A stretch of DNA of 64,000 bases from Escherichia phage HK6. Shown here in pieces: positions 45,908 through 55,725 of the stretch (positions are counted from its first letter, which is position 1; each line of letters begins with the position of its first letter). The position numbers and the translations under genes were made by a program. Location: sequence record PP724615.1. The stretch is one strand, 5' to 3'. The notes below the pieces were generated by a model. It did not search any database. It was not told the DNA's origin and saw only the letters and a list, made by a program, of their open reading frames with translations.

Positions 45908-46736
45908 ATTAATTATTATTAGTGGTGCAGGTTTGAGTGTTGAAAGTGGTGTACGAGCTTTTCGTACTAATACTGCTAGCGGTAAAGCATTGTGGGATGA
46001 TTATGATCTAGAAGAAGTATGTAATATTCATGCCTTTCGTGGTAATTTTTATCATAAAACCCATATGTTTTACAACAAGCGTCGTGAAGAGCTAAAAACT
46101 GTTGAACCCAATCTTGCGCATTTGCGTATTGGTGAATGGTATAAACAATATCCAGGTCAAGTAGTAAACTTGACTACCAACGTTGATGACCTTATTGAGC
46201 GTGCTGGCGTTTCACATAGTGACATTCTGCACATTCACGGATATTTAAAAGAGGTTGTTGTAGCTGATAGCTACAATAGTAGCAATAAACGGATTATTGA
46301 TGTAGGATACAGTTCTATCGATCCGGATGATTATAAATGGGTTAAACCTAATGTAATCTTCTTTGGAGAGCATGCTCCAGCATATGCAGAAATGTACAAT
46401 GTTTTTGATGGTATTACCAGTCAAGATATGATTGTTGTGGTTGGTTGTTCTAACCAAGTAATTAACTTCTACTGGGAATTATTTCCTGTTCTTAATTTGA
46501 CTGCTGCGAAACTTATGGTTGTTAACTACCATGATAGTGCCCTCGCAGCGGAACCGGGCTATCAAGGTATGACTCGTAGTGAGATGTACCAGCTGGAGGA
46601 ACGCGGTATCCCTTACTGGAGTAAAGGTGCGGTAGATGCTTTCAGTGACCCTGATTTTATTGCTCGTGTAGAAGCTCATTTAGAGGGTAGACCTTATGTG
46701 TTGAGAAGCAAGGGAAACAGATATGTCCATAGTTAA
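45900..46736 (+). CDS. Sir2-like (sirtuin family) protein (278 aa)
   Basis: N-terminal Rossmann motif IIISGAGLSVESGVRAFR resembles the sirtuin GAGxS...FR signature. Confidence 0.6.
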   Translation: MRRLIIISGAGLSVESGVRAFRTNTASGKALWDDYDLEEVCNIHAFRGNFYHKTHMFYNKRREELKTVEPNLAHLRIGEWYKQYPGQVVNLTTNVDDLIERAGVSHSDILHIHGYLKEVVVADSYNSSNKRIIDVGYSSIDPDDYKWVKPNVIFFGEHAPAYAEMYNVFDGITSQDMIVVVGCSNQVINFYWELFPVLNLTAAKLMVVNYHDSALAAEPGYQGMTRSEMYQLEERGIPYWSKGAVDAFSDPDFIARVEAHLEGRPYVLRSKGNRYVHS

Positions 46737-46905
46737 ATCTGTATATACACATCCCGATGACATATTTGTATGGGCAGATGGTAGTTGGTGCTATCGATGT
46801 GAGTTATGGGAAATGGACTATAAATCCGATGACTATGGCGTCATATATGTTGATACGGTTGAGTATGATACGTTCTTAGAAAGGAACAAAAATGGAAATA
46901 AGTAA
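46723..46905 (+). CDS. Hypothetical protein (60 aa)
   Basis: ORF track. Confidence 0.35.
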   Translation: MSIVKSVYTHPDDIFVWADGSWCYRCELWEMDYKSDDYGVIYVDTVEYDTFLERNKNGNK

Positions 46906-47398
46906 TACTCCAATTATTTTTCTAGATATTGATGGGGTGCTCAATTCGAGCATCTCCCACCATCATGCACCTGATAATGAAAAGATTTTCTTTGGAAGTG
47001 ACTGGGTTTTCAAACCGCTTCTCAAGGCTTTTCAGGATTTTATTCGTCCTTCTCCGATAATGATTGTTGGAGTATCCTCATGGTTCTCTGTCAGGAATGA
47101 GATGGAAAACGTTCAGATTATGACCGGATTAGGTCTTATCGATCGTTTTCTTGGTACAACGGATTTTACTGGGGGTGGATTATCTAGGGGTAATTCTGTT
47201 CTTCGCTTCGTTGAAAAGCATAAGCTCAAACATTGGTGTGTGCTTGATGATGCTGGTGCTATGATGTATCAGTATCCAACGGTTATAGTCAACGGTAGGA
47301 CTGGGATAAATCTTCAAGATTTAAAAGCTGTTAGCTATATGCTAGAATTTAGCCCAGATCTTGAAATGTGTAAATCCTTACAACAATTTAAGGTGTAA
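46892..47398 (+). CDS. HAD-superfamily phosphatase (168 aa)
   Basis: Motif I FLDIDGVLN near the N-terminus; later acidic VLDDAG. Confidence 0.6.
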   Translation: MEISNTPIIFLDIDGVLNSSISHHHAPDNEKIFFGSDWVFKPLLKAFQDFIRPSPIMIVGVSSWFSVRNEMENVQIMTGLGLIDRFLGTTDFTGGGLSRGNSVLRFVEKHKLKHWCVLDDAGAMMYQYPTVIVNGRTGINLQDLKAVSYMLEFSPDLEMCKSLQQFKV

Positions 47399-47400
47399 AT

Positions 47401-47829
47401 ATGTTCAATAATGTATTCTCTAAAGAAGCTAACCCAATTTTGGTTAACTTTTGGCGTACTCTCCCAGCTAGCCTGTATAATGAGGCTATTAACTCCTTGA
47501 AAATATGGTGTGAGAATAATGAAATCTCCTTTGCTTTTAAAGATGATATTGATGAGGCCCCCTGTATTGGTTTAATTGTTCAGGTAGAGGAGGGTCTTGA
47601 GGAGATTGTCGGCTGGAAAGAGTTAGATGAAATAGGCTTAGTTTTTGCGTTAAACTATAAGCTGTTTATGCCTGCTAAGCATCGCCTCGTTGTTAACTAT
47701 AAAACTAGTGAATCTCCTGGTTTTCAAGTTAATGAACGTTACGGTTGGTCTTACTTACCGGAAGAAGTAAATGATGGTATCCAAAAACTTCGCCGTTTTG
47801 GTTATCAAATTCCGGGTTTAACTGCTTAA
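47401..47829 (+). CDS. Hypothetical protein, paralog A (142 aa)
   Basis: Shares blocks with the next ORF (PCIG, LNY/LNF, shared C-terminal PGL). Confidence 0.55.
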   Translation: MFNNVFSKEANPILVNFWRTLPASLYNEAINSLKIWCENNEISFAFKDDIDEAPCIGLIVQVEEGLEEIVGWKELDEIGLVFALNYKLFMPAKHRLVVNYKTSESPGFQVNERYGWSYLPEEVNDGIQKLRRFGYQIPGLTA

Positions 47830-47838
47830 GGAGGAAGA

Positions 47839-48231
47839 ATGGAACAAGTATATTGGCGTCAGATTGACCCTAGTTTGGTGAAGCGTGCGGAAAAGCTGCT
47901 ACAACGTTGGTTAGGGGTAAGGCAAGCCTCCTTCACTTTTCCGGAGCAGCAAACGGATGATCCCTGCATTGGCGTTTTCCTGTCTGGATATGCCGGGGAA
48001 TGGGAGATGGACTGGAATGAATTGTCAGCTATGGGTTTAATTGTTGCCCTAAACTTCTCTATATTCCATCCACGTGGTTTGGCCATATGTCGCGTGCCTG
48101 ATGACGGTTGTTCGCCCCATCTTTTACAGGTGGAAAATGATATTTGGGAGTACACTCCAGATATTCTCGCAGAAGCTAAAGAACAATTAAATCGTGTTGG
48201 GATTTATGTTCCGGGATTAAATGATGAATAA
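47839..48231 (+). CDS. Hypothetical protein, paralog B (130 aa)
   Basis: Tandem paralog of 47401-47829. Confidence 0.55.
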   Translation: MEQVYWRQIDPSLVKRAEKLLQRWLGVRQASFTFPEQQTDDPCIGVFLSGYAGEWEMDWNELSAMGLIVALNFSIFHPRGLAICRVPDDGCSPHLLQVENDIWEYTPDILAEAKEQLNRVGIYVPGLNDE

Positions 48232-48418
48232 GGAATTTTGGAAAATAAAAGGGAAGATTTCTAAGTGGAATACTACAGGGAAAATTAGTAAGTCTCTAGA
48301 GATAGAGATAGCTAGAATGTTTACTGATCCTAATTTTGATATAGAAAAACTAAGCAAAGTAGATGCTAAAAAAGTAGATAAGTATATAGAAGAGATTAGA
48401 AGTATTTTAAGTGTCTAA
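48221..48418 (+). CDS. Hypothetical protein (65 aa)
   Basis: ORF track. Confidence 0.35.
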   Translation: MMNKEFWKIKGKISKWNTTGKISKSLEIEIARMFTDPNFDIEKLSKVDAKKVDKYIEEIRSILSV

Positions 48419-48494
48419 TCCACGTAACCGAGTCATTTTGGCTCGGTTTTATCCGTACTCAAGACCAATGATAGCACCATCCGGAAAATTTTAC

Positions 48495-48523
48495 TTGCAG
48501 GATGCCCAAAATCTTGATATAAT
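48495..48523 (+). promoter_or_regulatory. Early-type promoter (TTGCAG, 17 bp, TATAAT) at the start of a long leader
   Basis: TTGCAGgatgcccaaaatcttgaTATAAT; about 500 nt before the next start codon. Confidence 0.5.
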
Positions 48524-49021
48524 ATTTATATTGAATTGAGAGACATTAGTAAAAATTGATTTTGCTAATTTTTCTTGTTTACAATCCGCGATACGGAACA
48601 GTTAGGCTGCCCCATTAAGGGTTGTTTTAACTGTTACGTGTTAGTTTTTAAACAAATAGTTAATAGAATACTTAGCGATCTACATCCCGTAGGAACCCTG
48701 GTAAGGCCTCGAAGCAACCTAGTGTGAGGTGGTTGTGAAGTGAGACGGGAAGAGTGAAAAACTCTGAGAAGTGATGACGTAAGGTATACTGCATCTAGTA
48801 TGAGCTAGTACATGAAGCATTAGGTGAGCAAATCTGGCTTAGCGGCCATCCTCAAGGATTTGTGCGGTATAGTGAAGCGGCAGTGTAGCGTGAAAGGGGA
48901 AGTTGCCACCCCCCTTCAGTATTTGCGATTAATTGTTGAGAAATTGACAGTAACAGTTGTTCTATTCTTTCTGAATAGTCCTAAAGAAAACTTATTTCAT
49001 TTCCAACACAGGAGTATTGTT

Positions 49022-51811
49022 GTGTTCTCAATCCTACAAGGTCATGCAGGATTTCATCGCGACTTAGCCACAGGCATTTGGCGAGAAGTTAAAGCAGAAG
49101 ACTATCTTTTTGCTAAAAGATTTTCCTCAAAGCATCCTGAAGGTAAACCAGCTTCAATGCCCTTCAAGTTTGATGTAATTGATGAAGTTGATCCTCAAAC
49201 CCTAGTAGAAATGCTCCCTCTTATGAGACGTTTAACGTCTGACCCTCATATCGTTGCGGTACGAGGTCGATGTCTTGCACCCAAAAATAACGTGCGGCGT
49301 AAGAAGGGCAACTTTAATGTATCTAACCCAAGTCATATAATTGCATTGGACGTGGATGGTATTGTAGATACAGGTGGTTGTAACAAGTTTGATCTTGTTG
49401 GCATGGCTCGACATATTATTAGGATGTTAAATAGTATTAGTGAGGATATGTTTCCTCTTGATGCAGGGTTTATTGCTCATGCATCGTCTTCGGCTGGGCT
49501 AAAACCAGGTATCCGAATGCACTTAATACTAGAATCTAATGTTAAAGTAACTCAGGGTCAAATCAAATTCTTATTTACATCTATCAACGAAAGTAGTAGA
49601 CAAAAGTATGGCTTTGATATTGCCGACTTAGCTTATTACTCTTCCGTACAGCTCCATTATTTTGCAGATCCGTTATTTACCGATGGTATAGTAGATCCGT
49701 TTAAAGCGGAGGGTGCCTCACGTCTGGTATTTGTTAAGGGTTCTAAAGTAAATTTACCTAATAATCTGGTTGACTATGAAACAACTAGAGGTGAGTTTAA
49801 AGAGGAGTTCTACTCTTTACTCGACCAAATTAAGGGTAAAAAAGCTGCCTCTGATAAAGTAGAGGAAACTATCAGCGAACTAGAAGAAGCTGAGGATGGA
49901 GTGTACCTACGTATTATACCTAAACTCTATCATAGAGCTTTGGAGGATGGTGTTGATTTTGCATGGCTAGAAAAAGAAATCCGTCCAGCCTTATCAGAAT
50001 ATATTGCAACTAAAGATAATAGTCGCAATATTCAAGATTACTTTAATAACGGTCGTAAGCAGGCTCTAAAAGCATTTGTTAATAATTCTAAACGTGATAT
50101 ACCTGATGTTTTAAAAGGTATTCCACTTAAAAAGCTAGAAACTAACTCTCTAGAAACTGATAACTTCTTGAAATTAAATACTGTACCACCAGAAGGTTAT
50201 ATGACTTTTGTAAAAGCAAGTCTAGGTACAGGTAAAACTACGGCGGTTGTGCGTTGGTTAGATTCAGGAGTTATTAAAGGTAATTTCTTAGCAATTACCA
50301 ATACTCGAGCACTGGTATCTTCAAATGCTAAGAAATTTAGTGCAGGACAATATGATAAGTCTGTAGATATGCTTAATTTTAAGCGTGGCGCTATTGACCG
50401 TATGTCCACAACTATACATTCTTTGCATAAGTTCAAGAGTTTTATTGGTCAAATTGATGCAATCTTTATCGATGAATGTGATGCTGTAATGAATGACCTA
50501 TTATTCGCCCCGGTTGTTAAACAACGTCGTGAATGTATTCAGGTTCTTCGGGATATTCTTGCAACTGCAAAAATCATTATATTATCTGATGGGGATATTA
50601 GTGCAGAAACAATTGAAGCATACGGTTCTTTGATTGAGTTTGATAAACCAGTAGCATTTTATAATCATCACCGTAAGATGCTGTCAAAAGCTCATGCTTA
50701 TGAGTTCCCTGACGAATCCAGTATTTGGGTTGCACTTCAGACTTCTCTAGAGATGGGTGAGAAATCTATCCTAGTATCTGACTGTGGTCCAGATGAACTG
50801 AATGAGAAGGGCATGGCGTTGCGTCGTAATACGGGTGCGTTAGTTAAGGAAATCCACTCAAACTCTACGTCTGATGTAGATATTCGACGTATTCTGGATT
50901 ACACAACTAATGAGTTAATTGACCAACAAATTGATTGCTTATTATGTAGCCCATCCGTAACGAGCGGTGTTGACTTTAACTATTTTGATAACGTATTCGT
51001 TATTACTAGGACCAGTAACCAAGCGCCAAACATGCGTTTTCAAGCAATCAGGCGCGACCGTGGCGCTCAGAACATTTATTATTTTATTGATAAATCTACG
51101 AGTGGATTCTCCGCAGGTTCTGAGCAATATAACATTGACGAGGGTTGGCTGGAGTTAGCACAGCAATTATACGCACGTCGCAGAGAGCTGGAATCTAGGA
51201 ACTATACTAGTACTTTACGTTACTATTTGCTTGATCAGGGTGCAACTATTGATATTTTCAGTGAAAGCTGGGGAACTATCGAAGGTGCGGGGAAAGAATA
51301 TACAGAAGAGCGAATCAAAGCCATTTTGTATTCAACCCCTGATTATTGTGCTCCACGCCATGCAGATGCGTATGAAGCTAAACTACTTCTTGTACGCTAT
51401 TATCATCTTGAGTCTATTAAAGATGTAACAGTTGAGCATGTTGAACAATATATCAAGGATAAACCGAATGATCGAGCTGCATTCTTCCATAAGATGCACG
51501 AGATGTTCTGGGAAGATATTAAGAAGTGTTCAAATGTCACTATCAAACCATTCATAGAAGCTCTGAAAGGTAAGAAGAAAGATTTCTTCCTTAAAACAGG
51601 TCAGAGTGCTAACCCAAAATATGCAAGAATGTATCTTGGTATGATGGGTATTGGTAAGGATATGAACACGGAGAATATTGTAGACTGGTACAGAACCTAT
51701 TGTAAAATCGAGTGTATGCCAATCCCATATAAGTTTATGACTGATGAGGAGAAACATATGCATGATGAAGCAATGGCAGAGCTAGGTGCTAGAAATGACA
51801 GTGAAGAATAA
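49022..51811 (+). CDS. SF2 helicase-like ATPase, putative replication origin-binding protein (929 aa)
   Basis: Walker A SLGTGKTT and DExD-like IFIDECD; start set at GTG 49022, 7 nt after AGGAG, not the track start 48824. Confidence 0.75.
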   Translation: MFSILQGHAGFHRDLATGIWREVKAEDYLFAKRFSSKHPEGKPASMPFKFDVIDEVDPQTLVEMLPLMRRLTSDPHIVAVRGRCLAPKNNVRRKKGNFNVSNPSHIIALDVDGIVDTGGCNKFDLVGMARHIIRMLNSISEDMFPLDAGFIAHASSSAGLKPGIRMHLILESNVKVTQGQIKFLFTSINESSRQKYGFDIADLAYYSSVQLHYFADPLFTDGIVDPFKAEGASRLVFVKGSKVNLPNNLVDYETTRGEFKEEFYSLLDQIKGKKAASDKVEETISELEEAEDGVYLRIIPKLYHRALEDGVDFAWLEKEIRPALSEYIATKDNSRNIQDYFNNGRKQALKAFVNNSKRDIPDVLKGIPLKKLETNSLETDNFLKLNTVPPEGYMTFVKASLGTGKTTAVVRWLDSGVIKGNFLAITNTRALVSSNAKKFSAGQYDKSVDMLNFKRGAIDRMSTTIHSLHKFKSFIGQIDAIFIDECDAVMNDLLFAPVVKQRRECIQVLRDILATAKIIILSDGDISAETIEAYGSLIEFDKPVAFYNHHRKMLSKAHAYEFPDESSIWVALQTSLEMGEKSILVSDCGPDELNEKGMALRRNTGALVKEIHSNSTSDVDIRRILDYTTNELIDQQIDCLLCSPSVTSGVDFNYFDNVFVITRTSNQAPNMRFQAIRRDRGAQNIYYFIDKSTSGFSAGSEQYNIDEGWLELAQQLYARRRELESRNYTSTLRYYLLDQGATIDIFSESWGTIEGAGKEYTEERIKAILYSTPDYCAPRHADAYEAKLLLVRYYHLESIKDVTVEHVEQYIKDKPNDRAAFFHKMHEMFWEDIKKCSNVTIKPFIEALKGKKKDFFLKTGQSANPKYARMYLGMMGIGKDMNTENIVDWYRTYCKIECMPIPYKFMTDEEKHMHDEAMAELGARNDSEE

Positions 51812-52028
51812 AAAATGGGAAACAAGGAAGTTCCCAGTAAAAGAACGTAAAGTTCCTGTTTACGACACTTCGGAAAAGCTATGTAGGGTAGTACCGCATA
51901 GATTAGCTGGCATCCCTAACATATCCGAGTGGTTACTTAAACAACGGAAAACAAACGTGTCTCTTCGTATCGGCTTTGAGTTAGATAAAGTCTACGCTGA
52001 ACTTGCTTCTTTGCTCAAGGAATCGTAA
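51786..52028 (+). CDS. Hypothetical protein (80 aa)
   Basis: ORF track. Confidence 0.4.
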   Translation: MLEMTVKNKKWETRKFPVKERKVPVYDTSEKLCRVVPHRLAGIPNISEWLLKQRKTNVSLRIGFELDKVYAELASLLKES

Positions 52029-52036
52029 AAATTTAT

Positions 52037-52065
52037 TTGCTTTCAGGAAAATTTTTCTGTATAAT
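52037..52065 (+). promoter_or_regulatory. Conserved early promoter (TTGCTT, 17 bp, TATAAT)
   Basis: Followed by AGAGGAG RBS and the ATG at 52097. Confidence 0.65.
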
Positions 52066-52096
52066 AGATTCATAAATTTGAGAGAGGAGTTTAAAT

Positions 52097-52801
52097 ATGG
52101 CTGGTTCTCGCAGAAAGAAACATATCCATGAAATCCCGGATGAAGTCTTTAAAAAGGTTATAGAGCATCTGGAGAACGGTGGTACTAAGAAAGCAGCATG
52201 TGAAATGCTCGGCGTATCATCCAATCCAACTATGGAAAGGATGATTGAAGAATGGCAAGACCGCCAGATTCAAGTTGCCGAAATGAAGAAAAAGAAACGT
52301 GGTACACTCATTGAAGGCATTGAGTTAGCTAACGTTATTGAGCAGTATTTATCTGGTGATTCTTTTGAAGAAATTGCCGATCGTAATTATCGCTCTGTAG
52401 CAATGGTCAAATCAGTTTTGGAACGCTATGGTGCTTTACTTCGTTTGAACGATATTGTAGACCCATTGAATCCTCCAATTATTCCTGATGATGCTGTAGC
52501 AGAAGAATTTGCAGTTGGTGAGCTTGTTTGGGTTCCTGGATACCAGTGTATAGGCGAAATCAAAAAGGCAATGGATAATCCTGTAGGTTGCTACCGTGTA
52601 TGGCTTCTATCGGAAGGCAAACAACAGAACGTCCATTATATGAATTACGAGCTGGCCTCTGTTAAACATCTGGAAAAATTAGGGGTTGACGTAAAATCTC
52701 TAGGGTACAAGTGGACTCGTGAAGAAGTAATTTCATTAATTAATGAAGCTGTTAAGGCTGCCTTGAAACTTGATAAAGAAAAAGGAAAACGCCGTGAGTA
52801 G
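52097..52801 (+). CDS. Hypothetical protein with HTH-like segment (234 aa)
   Basis: Segment TKKAACEMLGVSSNPTMERMIEEW looks HTH-like. Confidence 0.6.
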   Translation: MAGSRRKKHIHEIPDEVFKKVIEHLENGGTKKAACEMLGVSSNPTMERMIEEWQDRQIQVAEMKKKKRGTLIEGIELANVIEQYLSGDSFEEIADRNYRSVAMVKSVLERYGALLRLNDIVDPLNPPIIPDDAVAEEFAVGELVWVPGYQCIGEIKKAMDNPVGCYRVWLLSEGKQQNVHYMNYELASVKHLEKLGVDVKSLGYKWTREEVISLINEAVKAALKLDKEKGKRRE

Positions 52802-53045
52802 GCTAACTGATTTGCTTAAAGATGGGGAAGTAAAAACTCTCTATCGTAGAAGCTGGGATAATGATAATAATGGCTTAGTATTACTAACTCTAGATGCTGA
52901 CTCAGATGTAGTTACCCAACATACCTGGGTAGCTGGTAATTATCCCTATAGTGAGGTTGTTACGTTAACAGTATGCGAAGCTATTGCCGACGATTGGGAG
53001 GTTGCCAGCATCGATGATATGCTCGCTGTTGGCCTGGTGGAGTAA
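52770..53045 (+). CDS. Hypothetical protein (91 aa)
   Basis: ORF track; start uncertain. Confidence 0.45.
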   Translation: MIKKKENAVSRLTDLLKDGEVKTLYRRSWDNDNNGLVLLTLDADSDVVTQHTWVAGNYPYSEVVTLTVCEAIADDWEVASIDDMLAVGLVE

Positions 53046-53148
53046 CTACAGAAAAATTTCAGTTGCTTAATCCTATAATTCTTGATATAATATTCTCATA
53101 GTTTGAAAGAACTATTCTGTTTAATTCTTAATTAAGGAAATATAAAAT

Positions 53149-53559
53149 ATGACTACTCCAACTCAGTGGACTGATGAACTGTTCGAAAAAATGTCTTCCG
53201 AATACGTTGCTCGCATGGAGCAATTTCCAGAGGATGAACGTCCGGGTGTTAGCATGGAAATTGTTAGCGAAATTGCCCAGGAAAATGGTGTAACTCCGAA
53301 TGGTTTTCGTATGAAGCTAACTAAAGCAGGTGTGTATATCAAGAAAGCTGCTGGCTCCGCTTCTAAATCTAGCGCATCTACTGGAGAAAAAGCTTCTGGT
53401 GGTTCTCGTACTTCTAAAGCCCAAGCTCATGCCGACCTTCGTTCAGCATTCTCTGATGCTGGCCTAGCACCAGATTTTCTGGATGATGCAATTATCGACA
53501 AACTGACCGGTAAAGCGGCTGCTCATCTGGCAGAAGCAATCCGAGCTATCACTAAGTAA
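53149..53559 (+). CDS. Hypothetical protein with optimal-looking codons (136 aa)
   Basis: Promoter-like TTGCTT...TATAAT upstream; Ser/Ala-rich central segment. Confidence 0.6.
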   Translation: MTTPTQWTDELFEKMSSEYVARMEQFPEDERPGVSMEIVSEIAQENGVTPNGFRMKLTKAGVYIKKAAGSASKSSASTGEKASGGSRTSKAQAHADLRSAFSDAGLAPDFLDDAIIDKLTGKAAAHLAEAIRAITK

Positions 53560-53595
53560 TTTTTAGATAAATCCACCAACAAAAGGAACACAGTT

Positions 53596-53892
53596 ATGAC
53601 CAAAGCTGAAATTATCGCACAATGTGAAAAATTTGGTGAGTTTTATCTTCATTACGAAAAACTTCGTCAGAAAGGAACCACGTACCTTCAGGGTACGATG
53701 GAATTTGATCCAGCTCAAGATAAATATCTGGCTGAGCGTATTAAACGTGAACGTATTCGTAAAGCGAAAGATGATGAGATCCTTGTCTTCTCTCGTACTA
53801 ATGATAGCTTCCGTTTTATTCCTGTCGAGAAAGTCCGTCGTGTGACTAGCCTCCAATCAGAGTTAGATCGTGCTTCTCCAGTAGGCCGATAA
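53596..53892 (+). CDS. Hypothetical protein (98 aa)
   Basis: ORF with RBS. Confidence 0.55.
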   Translation: MTKAEIIAQCEKFGEFYLHYEKLRQKGTTYLQGTMEFDPAQDKYLAERIKRERIRKAKDDEILVFSRTNDSFRFIPVEKVRRVTSLQSELDRASPVGR

Positions 53893-53902
53893 GAAACCAA
53901 TT

Positions 53903-53925
53903 AGCCCCTATATGGGGCTTTTTGT
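53903..53925 (+). terminator. Rho-independent terminator
   Basis: AGCCCCTATATGGGGCT hairpin followed by TTTTTGTG. Confidence 0.7.
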
Positions 53926-53942
53926 GTATTTGGGATATGTAA

Positions 53943-54251
53943 ATGAGCGAACAGGTAAATCAAAACTATGAAGGACACGTTGATGACCAGTCCATCATAC
54001 TCTGGGAGAAGGAGGGAGAACAAGTAAGATTAACAGTATCTGAATTTCGTGGGAATCTATACATGGGTATTCGTTACTGGCTTCTTGATATTAATGATGA
54101 ATGGTTTCCAACGAAATCTGGCTTCTCTTTTCCTTACACCCTAGAAACAACATCACAGCTTTTCTATGCGTTTACACAGATTCTTAGCGAATCTGAGGTT
54201 TTACATGAGGTACAGAAACGAGCTGAAGAACTCAAAGCCAAGAATGCCTAG
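53943..54251 (+). CDS. Hypothetical protein (102 aa)
   Basis: ORF track. Confidence 0.5.
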   Translation: MSEQVNQNYEGHVDDQSIILWEKEGEQVRLTVSEFRGNLYMGIRYWLLDINDEWFPTKSGFSFPYTLETTSQLFYAFTQILSESEVLHEVQKRAEELKAKNA

Positions 54252-54278
54252 TTCTTGGCTTTTTCTTTATAAATGTAT

Positions 54279-54307
54279 TTGCTTTCAACTCAGTTTTGTT
54301 ATATAAT
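54279..54307 (+). promoter_or_regulatory. Conserved early promoter (TTGCTT, 17 bp, TATAAT)
   Basis: Same module; precedes the GTG-start ORF at 54338. Confidence 0.65.
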
Positions 54308-54337
54308 ATTTATATAAATTAATGAGAGGGTTGCAAA

Positions 54338-54610
54338 GTGAAAAAGATAAATATAAGTACACTTAAACCTTTCCCATATATCGGACAGCCTCTTATACTT
54401 ATGTGGGAGGAGAAGATTAATGGAGAAAAGTATACTAAAATTAGAAGTGGGTATAAGCTGATTTCACTTCATTACGAAAAAGAAGTATTAACAGCTGAAA
54501 TATACTCTCCATTATCAGATAGGCTAGTAAAAACCACGTATTTGCATCTCTGCAAAAATTTTACATGGCACGGATCCACTAGACAGCCCACGTACTATGA
54601 GGCAGAATAA
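54338..54610 (+). CDS. Hypothetical protein, GTG start (90 aa)
   Basis: GAGAGGG RBS then GTG. Confidence 0.5.
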   Translation: MKKINISTLKPFPYIGQPLILMWEEKINGEKYTKIRSGYKLISLHYEKEVLTAEIYSPLSDRLVKTTYLHLCKNFTWHGSTRQPTYYEAE

Positions 54611-55582
54611 ATGACTAATGTAAAAGACTTTATTAAACGTTGCCAAGAAGCGTATTACCAGGGAATGTCTTTAATCTCTGACGAAGAATATGATCGTCTG
54701 ATTAAAAGATTTCCGTTAGAAGAAGAGATCGGGCCTAAGGGCGATATTCCACATCTGTATCGTATGTATTCTTTACAGAAAGTTTATTATAATCGTGGAG
54801 ATAAACCTCCATTTAACCCATTAGGTCAGGTAGAAACTGATAAGTTAGATGGTTGTGCGATTTCTCTGTTATATATTAATGGAGAATTTGTTCAAGCACT
54901 AACTCGTGGTAATGGTATTCTAGGGAATGATGTCACAAGCAACGTAAGATTGCTGAACATCCCTAAAAAGATTTCCCAAAAAGTACCTACTCAAATCACT
55001 GGTGAAGTTCTAATTACAAAAGAAGTAGAAAATAAACGTAACTTTGCCTCTGGTGCTATTAACCTCAAAGATAGTGATGATTTCGTACAACGTATCGGAG
55101 AAGGTGGTTTAATCTTCGTTGCATACGGTATCCAGTGTTCTGCTGAATCTGTAGGTATTACAGAAGCATATTTAAAAGATATGCTTTGGCTAGAGAATGA
55201 GGACTTCTTAACAGTTGTTAATGTGCGTTCCTTCTTTAAATGGATTCCGACGGACGGTAAAGTTGTTCGTATTAATGATAACAACAAATTCTTTCGTGAA
55301 GGCTGGACTAATAAATTTCCTCGTGGCGCATTCGCTATTAAAGAAGATGAAGAAGGCGAAATTACAACTCTTACTAAAGTTGAATGGCAGGTAGGGGCTT
55401 CTGGTAAAGTAACTCCAGTTGGTTATTTCGAACCGGTAATTATTGATGATGCTACAATTGTTAAGGCGACTCTTAATAACGTTGATTATATTAACTCTCT
55501 TGATCTAGAGATCGGTTGCCAGATTCGAGTAATTCGTGCTGGTGGTGTGATCCCGTGCATAGTAGAGCGAGTATACGATTAA
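54611..55582 (+). CDS. NAD-type DNA ligase, N-terminal part (adenylation and OB, 323 aa)
   Basis: LigA-like N-terminus YYQGMSLISDEEYDRL; adenylation lysine motif KLDG. Confidence 0.75.
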   Translation: MTNVKDFIKRCQEAYYQGMSLISDEEYDRLIKRFPLEEEIGPKGDIPHLYRMYSLQKVYYNRGDKPPFNPLGQVETDKLDGCAISLLYINGEFVQALTRGNGILGNDVTSNVRLLNIPKKISQKVPTQITGEVLITKEVENKRNFASGAINLKDSDDFVQRIGEGGLIFVAYGIQCSAESVGITEAYLKDMLWLENEDFLTVVNVRSFFKWIPTDGKVVRINDNNKFFREGWTNKFPRGAFAIKEDEEGEITTLTKVEWQVGASGKVTPVGYFEPVIIDDATIVKATLNNVDYINSLDLEIGCQIRVIRAGGVIPCIVERVYD

Positions 55583-55632
55583 TACATAACCCTTTGCTAC
55601 CCATCTACCATATCGGAATTATAAAGTGGTTA

Positions 55633-55661
55633 TTGACATTTTCGCCGCTTAGGTATATACT
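55633..55661 (+). promoter_or_regulatory. sigma70-like promoter (TTGACA, 17 bp, TATACT) inside the ligase split
   Basis: Perfect -35; shares TTGACATTTTCGC with the promoter at 26635. Confidence 0.55.
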
Positions 55662-55725
55662 ATTATCATTCAGTTGAGGGATAGAAAGTTATGGCGAGGG
55701 TAAGCAAAGTTAGTTAAAATTGTAG

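Noticed and set aside
48824-49021. Upstream extension of the helicase-like ORF starting at 48824
   Set aside because: No RBS at 48824, whereas GTG 49022 follows AGGAG at ideal spacing; the extension would add 66 low-complexity residues.
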